From Mustelus asterias (lineage: Eukaryota): a DNA stretch of 56,491 nucleotides. Both the position numbers and the translations under genes were made by a program. The stretch lies in the NCBI RefSeq assembly GCF_964213995.1, contig NC_135828.1:20708001-20764491 (forward strand), given 5' to 3'. Position 1 is the first letter of the stretch, and every line of letters starts with the position of its first letter. Below, piece after piece: positions 47,795 through 56,491 of this stretch. The notes beneath the pieces were generated by a model, which was given only the letters and a program-made list of their open reading frames with translations, was not told the DNA's origin and ran no database searches.

Positions 47795-48760
47795 CAGACA
47801 TTGGGAGGTCAAGTCACTGACTTGAATATAATGTGGGAAAATATCAGGCCTCTACCCAGGCGGGAACACTGGAAAAGCAGAATATTATTCAAATGGGGAG
47901 AGACTGCAGAAAGCTGCGGTTCAGAGGGATCTGGACATCCTCGTGGATGAAATCATCATAGAATCATAGGGCAGAATTTTCTCATCCCTGTCTGTCACGG
48001 AATCGTAGTGGGTGGGACAGGACCATGCAAAGGTCCGGGGACCTTGGGCAGGATTTTCCGGTCTTGGGGATGAGCGCGGCCAGAAAATCGCGCCCGTCAA
48101 TGCAGAAGAAGGCCATTCGGCCCATCGAGCCTGCACCGACAACAATCCCACCCATGCACTGTCGGCCTTTATTGTAATGGGCGATGGAGTATAAAAGTAG
48201 GGAAGTCTTCCTGCAAATGTACAGTGCATTGGTGAGACCGCACCTCGAATATTGCTTACAGTTTCGGCTTCCTGGCTTGAGAAGTGAAGCACTTGTATTG
48301 CCGCCAGTCTGACAAGGCTGAAATCCTGGGATGAAGGGGTTGCCTAATGGGGAAAGGTTGAGCAGGTAGGGACTATACCCATTGGAGTTTAGAAGAATGA
48401 GTGGTAGCCTTATTGAAACAGACAAGATTCTGAGGGGGTGATTTGACAAGGTAAATGCTAAGATGATGTTTCCCCTCGAGGGGGATATCTAGACCTGGAA
48501 GTCACAGTTGAAGAGGAATACGAGGAGAATTTTGCTGTTAATCTTTGGAATTCTCTACTCCGGAGAGCTGTGGAGGGTCATTGAATATATTCCAGGCTGA
48601 GTTTTTTGACCTATAGGAGAGTCAAGGGTTATGGTGGGGGAGGGGGGGTGGGGGGCGGCAGGTAGGAAACCGAATCACATCAGCCATGACCGTATTGAAT
48701 AGCAGAGCAGGTTTGAGGGCCGAATGGCCTACTCCTTCTCCTGGTTCTTAAATGTTCTTG
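47795..48760 (+). mobile_element. Decayed CR1 fragment with nested SINE tail and MITE
   Basis: LYSALVRPHLEYCLQF-like peptide and CR1 tail gggccgaatggcctactcct. Confidence 0.75.
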
Positions 48761-49664
48761 CATTAAATAAAATTTGAGATCTCCCTATAAGGATTGCACA
48801 GATAAAATGATTAATGCCATCGGGGAGGGAGTTGGATGTGATTGGATTAACTGGATTTTTCTGTTAAGTCCAATTTTATTGAAGAGGATTGTAAGGAACT
48901 TCCTTTCTTTGCTACGTGTGGTTATCCAAACATTCGGGGAGTCAGGAGAGAGAGAAAGGCATTCTCTATGGATTTGTGCATCATTCCTGTCAATCAATTA
49001 ATTACGCTGTAGAAGCAACCTCAAGGCAGACTGATGCACATTGTACCTTGATTTGGTTTCATGAGCCGTTATGGATCCACTTTACGGATCTTTTGGCTTT
49101 GTCCCAAAGAAATGGCCGACTCTAAATGCACATTCCTGATGCCTTGATACTTATCAGTTCCATTGCACAATATTCCCAGATACTGTTACCAACCCTTATT
49201 TACAAAAGCAGAAGGATTCTTTATTTAATTCTTTTAATTTTGCCATTTCTCACCCCCCATTCCAAATTCTATTCACAAATCCTAAACCCGACTTGGAACT
49301 AAATTACATTTATCCGTCAGGAAGAGAGTACAGAAATGGAAATATCCCCACAGGAGCAGTCAAAGCATCTTTATCCATGTTTTGACAAAGAAATAAATTT
49401 TGCCCATTACTGAGGACAACTGTCTGATCTGGTTGTATCTACCTAAATCCTACAATTTGCTGGAGATTCCAAGGGTTGGGTACAGCCTTTCTTTATAGAG
49501 TGAACCGGAATTTCATCGACAATTATTTGTCATGCGGGGGCATGTTCTCAAACCAGCTGCTTCAGCACACGAGAGATTAAGCAGAATTTATTCGACCTGC
49601 AGTTAAAACTGAGTTGTTTTTACATAAGTACCAACTGCTATCTATTTCTCACAATGCTCATTGA

Positions 49665-50196
49665 ATAGAATCATGGAATCCCTACAGTGCAGAAGGAGGC
49701 TATTCAGCCCATTGAGCCTGCACTGACAACAATCCCACCCCAGGCCCTATCCCCGTAACCCCATGTATTTACCCTGCTAATCCCCCTGACACTGAAGGGC
49801 AATTTATCATTGTCAATCCCCCTAACCTACACATCTTTGGACACTAAGGGGCAATTTAGCATGGCCAATCCACCTAAACTGCACATCTTTGGACACTAAG
49901 GGGCAATTTAATATGGCCAATCCACCTAACCTGCACATCTTTGGACACTAAGGGGCAATTTAGCATGGCCAATCCATCTAATCTGCACATCTTTGGACAC
50001 TAAGGGGCAATTTAGCACGTACAATCCACCTAACCTGCACACCTTTGGAGTGTGGGAGAAAACCGGAGCACCCGGAGGAAACCCACAAAGACACGGGGAG
50101 AATGAGTTAACTCCACACAGTCACCCCAAGGCCAGAATCAAACCCAAGTCCCTGGCGCTGTGAGGTAGCAGTGCTCATCACTGTGCCACCGTGCCA
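49665..50196 (-). mobile_element. HE1-type SINE with about five 52-bp tandem units
   Basis: Units start at 49839, 49891, 49943 and 49995 (period 52), plus a diverged unit at about 49787. Confidence 0.9.
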
Positions 50197-50610
50197 TGCC
50201 ACTCTAACTTGTGAAATAATTTGGGACATCCAAAAGCTGTGAAAGGCACTTTATAATTTCAAGGCTTTCTTTATAAGTGCAACACAGGGAGTAGAGAGAG
50301 AAGCAGAAGGTTCATGCCGGTGAGAAAGGGCTGATTAAATCTATGTGCAGAGCAAGAAGAATTGGGAGTGAAATCTCATTGAAATATTCAATGGCATAGC
50401 TAAGGTGAAATCAGAAAAGAATTCATCATAAATTAGATTCGGACATAAAATTGTTGCAACGAAACATTTTTTTTAGATAGGCTCAGAATAATGACAGAGA
50501 AATTGTTGTTATGTAATATACTTCATATCCTCACAAAGCGCTTTAAGCTCAATTAATAATTTTTGATACAGGCTGCCTCTGTTCTGTGGGCATGACACAA
50601 TGCTAGATTT

Positions 50611-50923
50611 GAATCATAGAATTCCTACAGTGCACAAGGAGGCCATTTGGCCCATCGAGTCTGCACTCACCCCCAATCCCACCCAGACGCTATCTCCATA
50701 ACCCCACATATTTACCCTGCTAGTCTCCCTGACACTAAGAGGCAATTTATCACGGCCAATCCACCTAACCTGCACATCTTTGGACTGTGCGGGGAAAGCG
50801 GAGGACCCGGAGGAAACCCACGCAGACACAGGGAGAACGTGGAAACTCCACACAGACAGTCACCCGAGGCCGGAATTGAACCCGGGTCCCTGGTGCTGTG
50901 GGGCAGCAGCGCTAACCACTGTG
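50611..50923 (-). mobile_element. HE1-type SINE
   Basis: Full architecture. Confidence 0.85.
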
Positions 50924-51353
50924 AACCTCAATGTGTTGAATAGTCTTTTCCCAACCTTGCGTTACATTTTCTTTTATCTGAATTAAGGATGAGCTGTGTT
51001 AGAAATGGGTGACAACCCACAAAATAAAACAGATTAGCAAAGCAATTTACTCTCTCATTTTAAAAAAAAACACAAAGAATTATTATAAGAAAGCGGGGGA
51101 CTGTGACAATGGAAGTATTATTGAAAGTGGGAGTGTTTGCTGTTTAAACCTACTGTACAAAAACATGTTTCCAAGGGTAAACATGTGTATTTTGTTATCA
51201 AAACATAGTGGCGGTGAGACTAATGTATCCAGCTTTATCTACATAAAATATTATGCTTCTACATGAGTCGCTGTAACTAAATCAGGTTCTACACCATATT
51301 CCAACATTACTTTCAGTTGGGTAGGCAGGTCTCACCGCTTAAAGCAACGCTGA

Positions 51354-54133
51354 TCATTCCGCAGTTACTGACTTAGCCATTATCCCTTGGACAGTCTCGC
51401 TACAGGGAGAATGGACAAAGCATGAATTTAACTCAGGGCATTTAAATGAGTCACAGCTATGGAGATAAGAAACAAAAATATTACATTTGGCATCCGAGAC
51501 TGCTAGCCATTTCGCTTTGTTGTGAGAAGGCGCTTGGGATTGCCTGTGACAATAATTGCACGTCTTTACATTTAAAAAAAAAGAGAGGGTCGACTCTTTC
51601 GCTGCAATTAAAATAACGTAACTGATTGACTACTCATCGCAGAAGTACAACCGGGTGGAATTGGAAAAGCAAATCCTGTCTGAAACCTGAAATTCTCCTA
51701 ATTGCTTGCTCAAGTTGTCAGTTGTCATGTTAGTTCAAGGTTGGTTTTCATAAGGTTGAGACAATCGTATGGATTCCATTGCCGCCAAGCTCCGACCAGC
51801 TGTTCAAGTCTAGAGAGTTTATGGTAAAACATGGGGGTGACAGTGCAGGAAATAGTGATATTCCAGCCCTCTGCACATACAAAGAGCGGGGGGGGAGAGG
51901 GGAAATCCACTGTGACTGAAGGATTAGTGTTCAGAATCTAGAGGGTGAAGCTGCTCTATGCTTTCGTTTTGTTTTAGGCCTGTACTTGATATTCTGTTTT
52001 TTCTTCCCTAGTTGGTTGAGGGTTGTTTGCCAGTTCCCTTCCCGCAGGTTTGATACAGTATCTGTGCAATCTGCAGATACTGAGCGGGATTCTCCAGTCT
52101 CTCAGCCGTGCGTTTCCCGCCGGCGGGAGGTGGAGCGTAGTTTGCTAGCGGTGGGATTCTCCTGTCCCGCCGCTGTCGATGGGAATTCCCGTTGACGTCA
52201 CCCCACGCTGGCGGGAAACCCGCGGGCGGGGGGTGCGCTGCTGACGGGACCAGAGAATCCCGCCGGTGTGAACGGCTGAAGAATTCCGACCGAGGTGCCA
52301 TGAACATTTTTTGCAAAGAGTCCTCCAATGCAAGTTAAAGTACGGTGCTGTTTTAGTTTAGTGTCTCGGATGTTTCAACACTGGATTATGTTTTGATGTG
52401 GTTACACCATACCTTTCAGCTAATTAGCCTCATTAGTCGTGTTGGAGCTACTGGGGGGTTGACGTGAGGGTTGGGGGGTGTGCGTGTGGGGGCGTTGGCG
52501 GGGTGGAGGGGGGGCGGGTTGGTGGTTGCACAGTATACTAATGCCTAAATAGAAACTTCAAACTATTGCTCGGGGTTTTAAAATGGAGTAGGCATTAAAG
52601 TTCAGCATCGAACTCTACCGATGGCAGTGACGTGTTATTTGAAGTCGCTATTGTTGATTATTCGAGACCTTTTCTATTTCAGTCAGACGGAGAGAACCCA
52701 ACAAAAGCTCCAGCACACCTGCGTAACAGAACTTCACTTTGTTTCACCGACTCGCCAGGCCTTTGAAGTTACTGCCAGTGCCTGTAAAGTACCCAAGAGA
52801 GATTTGAGACAATTGGCAGCAACCAACGCCACTTTGCCCCCTGGGGTATTTCATGCTACTATTGGGCAATGGGCAGATGATTAAAAATGGCCAAAGACGT
52901 GCATTAAAGGTTTGAAAACAGAGGAATGAAGTTCCAATAAAATCGACGGCCAAAATGATTTTCTTTGGCCATCGCACAGAAATGAAAAAAAAATTCCATT
53001 CTAGCTTTATATTATATAATCATCAGAGGGGGGCCATTCGGCCCATCGAGCCTGCACCCACTCTCCAGCAGAGCACCTTACCCAGACCCTATCCCCGTAT
53101 CTATCCCCCTAATCCCCTTAATTTACACATCTTGGGACACTAAGGGGCAATTCTAGCATGGCCAGTCGACCCAACCTCACATCTTTGGAGACAAAAGGGC
53201 AATTTAGCATGGCCATTCCACCTAATCTGCACATCTCTGGACTGTGGGAGGAAACCGGAGCACCCGGAGGAAACTCACACAAACGCAGGGAGAATGTACA
53301 AACTCCACGCAGACAGTGACCGGAGGCCGGATTCAAACCTGGGTCCCTGGCGTTGTGAGGCAGCAGTGCTAACCACTGTGCCACCGTGCTGCATTTGAAC
53401 TTGCTAACGAGTTACTGCCAAACCTCTTATCCCTTTCGCTATAGCGACTGAAATGCTGCCGGATTGATACTATGTTTAAAGAAAGATTCCTCCCCTGGTA
53501 AAGCTTGCTTATAGAACCAAAATAACCCGAAGGTTCACATCAATGTGTCAAAGCTGAGGAACTCCAGACTCCTATTAAATGAATTGATTTTCCAAAGCAG
53601 AATATAAATTATGAAATACTGATGGTGCTTTGTTGCATGAAGCGGAAACATCCTACGATTCAGCGTGAAAATAAGCTTTCCAATGAAGTGGACATTCTCG
53701 TTGCCACCTACATGGGGAAGGAGCACGTGTGATGATCCATTTTCTGAGTATCTCCAGATGGAATCTATGGGCATTGTTGCTTGGATCGAAGACGTCCAGG
53801 CTAAGGATAGTTCAGTCGGGGCGGGGGTGGGGACGGGCACTTTGCCAGTAGAAGGAATGTAGGGATCACAGAATCGTGGAATCCCTACAGTGCAGAAGGA
53901 GGCCATTCGGCCCATCGGGTCCACGCTGTCGTGTTTCAAAAAGGCTGGGGAGGTTGACTCTTGCCTCCCTCAGTTGGGCGTAACTACAAGATGCTTAGTT
54001 GTGATCAGTGACGGAGCTCATCACAAGTCAATTCTTGTAATCGCGATGGGCTTCCTCCCCGTGAGTTTCTTTTTCTGACTATCACGGGAAGACAAGTGGC
54101 TGAGGTGCTCGGAACCCGCTTTGCTGTCAGCAG
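51354..54133 (-). pseudogene. Decayed GFPT-like (glutamine:fructose-6-phosphate amidotransferase) pseudogene, C-terminal ~60%
   Basis: Last exon at 51399-51354 reads RDCPRD[+1 nt]MAKSVTAE* versus GFPT VD(C/F)PRNLAKSVTVE*, behind a ctccctgtag acceptor. Weaker collinear remnants lie upstream: ADSKAGS, ATCLPV, SSVTDH, VLS..EIEKVS, VTAIGR, TCLEDSLQKM, YLQIAQIL..AGRELANNP, LEQLVGAWRQWNP. Confidence 0.7.
53025..53390 (-). mobile_element. HE1-type SINE inserted in the GFPT relic
   Basis: Full architecture. Confidence 0.85.
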
Positions 54134-54568
54134 CTAGCACCAAATAGAACTTCCTGCTAACGATAGATAGCCATTAGTTGTGTGGAAATGGTATCTTTGT
54201 TACTGTAATGGTTTTAATGGGGTCCACGAGGTGGGCCTCTTAGAATATGAGCTCCCTGATTGAGGCAGTTAATGCTGTCTAATCCGGGAGCCCTGCAGGG
54301 GTCTATAATGTGGAGCGTCCAGGTTACTCAGGGTGTGTACTCTGTTCTGGAAGTGCCTGTGTTACTAACTATTGTGACTAAAACTGGATTTGGTGAAGGG
54401 ACACGTGGAGGTTATTTCGGTTTCGGTGGGTTGAGATATTGGATGGTGGATAATGGTGACACCGTGAACGTGATCACCTTTAATGGCGCTTCAACAGAAC
54501 AAAACTGGCTCATTTCCAAGCCCAGGGTGACAGGTCAACCATTTATTATCATCTGTGCTAAAAGACCA

Positions 54569-54910
54569 CGGGCGGGATTCTCCAGCCGCGCTCACCTGAA
54601 AACCATAGATTCCTGCCCGACTTCAATGGACCTCGGCCCACTCTCCCCCACCCTCTCCCACCACCCCCCCTCCCCCCCCCCCCCCCCACTCCCCCAACCT
54701 CCCCCCGGCCCTTTAGAATTCCAGTGTCAGGCGGGACGGGAGAATCCCGGCCAACGTTGCCTATTGCAGTCTGAAGGTCGGATTCTCCTACCTCCCCCGC
54801 AGCTGGGATTCTCCAGTCCCGCTGCAGTGCACGGAGATTTGGCTGAGCGCCGAATTCTCCATCCTCGCTGGCAGTGGTGGAAGGGCATGAACGGCCGGAG
54901 AATTCCGGCC
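54569..54910. mobile_element. Two MITE-like elements; the first contains a poly-C tract
   Basis: gggcgggattctcc ... ggagaatcccggcc, and ggtcggattctcc ... ggagaattccggcc. Confidence 0.65.
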
Positions 54911-54946
54911 TAAATATGGAATGACCCTGGCAAGCTGCCATTTAGT

Positions 54947-56030
54947 TGTTGTGATATCGCTTTAAGGGAAATGAGCACGTACCCAGGATGTAAAACAGTA
55001 TGTGACCAGCATCCTGCAGCTGGTGGGGGGGGGGGGGGGGGGGGGGCGGGCAGTTGTAGCTGTGCTGACTCAGTGAATAGCAGTCACTGAATCGGTAAAG
55101 TAGCTCGGTCTGCTGAGCCAACATCTCATTAAATAAATCGAACCAATGTACAGTTTACCAGTCCTGGTGTGAGATTGATGCATTTGTGTAAAGCGGACAC
55201 AGAAACATAACATGGTGGCAGCGATGCGAGCACAAAGACTAGAGGAGGAGCCACAGGCATGGTTTGGGGCAGTACTGAGACCATATGGGCAGTCAAACCT
55301 CGGGAGGCCAAGCCCTTCGACAGACAGTGCCCTGCCTAATGGGTGGATATTTGGTTTATGGAATAGTCGGACGGGCGGTTAATGGGAGCCAAAAGGATGG
55401 CTGCCACAGGTCACCTGACCACAGGGTTGGCATTTTGTTTTGGGAGCTACCATCAGGAAATACAAGAAGAAAATAACCCTCCCTCAGCTTGTGGAATCTC
55501 ACACCTCATTGTACAGGCCCCTTGCAATCAACACAAGCAGAGCAAATGCAGGCAAACTGGCTCCCCAACCTGAACTATCACAAAAGACTGAAATTGAAAC
55601 TCACTATACTGGAAAATATACTAATAATCACCTGTCTCTCTCCTGAGAAGGAATAATGGAATTTTGACCAGAGGCACAGAAACTGATTGTTAAGCTACAA
55701 TTAACCATTAGTGTGACATGTCACAGGACTCAAGCCTCTGGTCTTTCTGGGCAATCTTAACATAGCATCTTTAGCCTCATAAATAGTCTGCTATATAACA
55801 TCCAATTGGTGGACCACCAAGGAGCCGACTTCCAGGCAGAGCAACAGCCTGCCCCTCAAAGCCTAACTCTGCTGGAAGATTTCTTACTATCACCTGCAGA
55901 ACTCTGTGCCATCGCCTACCCTCGCCTAGTCTCTGTGTACCTGCTTCATCTTGTGGTAACAGCATCAAGTGGAAAGCAAACTCTACAACTCTAGTCTTGA
56001 ACCAGCTAAGCTCAGACTCCGATATGAAAG
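54947..56030 (+). mobile_element. Gypsy-type LTR retrotransposon relic: 5' LTR (54947-55212), PBS and decayed interior
   Basis: LTR starts TGTTGTG and ends CATAACA with an internal AATAAA, immediately followed by PBS TGGTGGCAGCG; the later FLLSPAEL resembles an integrase C-terminal motif. Confidence 0.6.
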
Positions 56031-56044
56031 AATTGCTGATTGGA

Positions 56045-56412
56045 CTCTTTAGACATAGCTCTTGGGATTAAAGGAATCAAGGGATATGGGGGGAAGGATG
56101 GATCAGGACTATTGAGTTGGATGATCAGCCATGATCGTAATGAGTGGTGGAGCAGGCTCGAAGGGCCGAATGGCCTACTCCTGCTTCTAGTTTCTATGTC
56201 TCTATTATCTCATTGCTGTTTGTGGGAGCTTGCTGTGCACAAATTGGCTGACACATTTCCTTTACACTTGTACTAATTTCTTCTTGAAATCAAACAATGT
56301 TTTGGCCTCAACTACATTCTGTGGGAGTGAGTTCCACACATTCACCACCCTCTGGGTGAAGAAATTTCTCCTCACCTCAGTCCTAAAAGGTTTACCCCGC
56401 ATCCTCAAACTA
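56045..56412. mobile_element. CR1 3' fragments in both orientations plus a Deu-SINE tail piece
   Basis: + strand tail gggccgaatggcctactcct; - strand FRTEVRRNFFTQRVVNVWNSLP. Confidence 0.8.
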
Positions 56413-56491
56413 CTCTTGAAATCATGTGAACTAATATTTATTTCTGTAGTTCTTGTAATGTTACCATCCATAGTTGTAAACCTCCATTATC

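Noticed and set aside
49787-50046. Regularly spaced repeats resembling a CRISPR array
   Set aside because: Head-to-tail 52-bp units with no unique spacers, inside a SINE, in vertebrate DNA with no cas genes.
51754-52046. Apparent plus-strand micro-exons (about 51754-51822 and 52012-52047)
   Set aside because: No coherent protein, and the region is better explained as the antisense of the GFPT relic.
54260-54913. 217-aa Pro-rich ORF
   Set aside because: Spans LTR-like DNA, MITEs and a poly-C tract; non-ATG start.

Overview
Vertebrate (shark/elasmobranch-type) genomic DNA, not prokaryotic. The + strand carries the last four coding exons of an anthrax toxin receptor gene (ANTXR1-like, probably the ANTXRL/antxr1c-type paralog): 926-1021, 9312-9476, 11678-11758 and 31511-31747, followed by a probably long 3'UTR. 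A large fraction of the window is transposon-derived: one apparently intact two-ORF CR1 LINE (about 2236-6576), many CR1/L2/Tx1/Rex1 fragments, three tRNA-derived SINE groups, MITE-like elements, Penelope-like palindromes and a Gypsy LTR relic. The two most notable unannotated signals are as follows. (1) A heavily decayed, collinear GFPT (glutamine:fructose-6-phosphate amidotransferase) pseudogene lies on the - strand at about 51350-54135, tail-to-tail with the ANTXR gene as in human ANTXR1-GFPT1; it may be the relic of a lost genome-duplication paralog. (2) A U_UUA_AAC slippery heptamer followed by a G-tract sits at the CR1 ORF1/ORF2 junction and would fuse both ORFs by -1 frameshifting. Repeat boundaries are approximate, and family assignments come from recognition rather than database searches.
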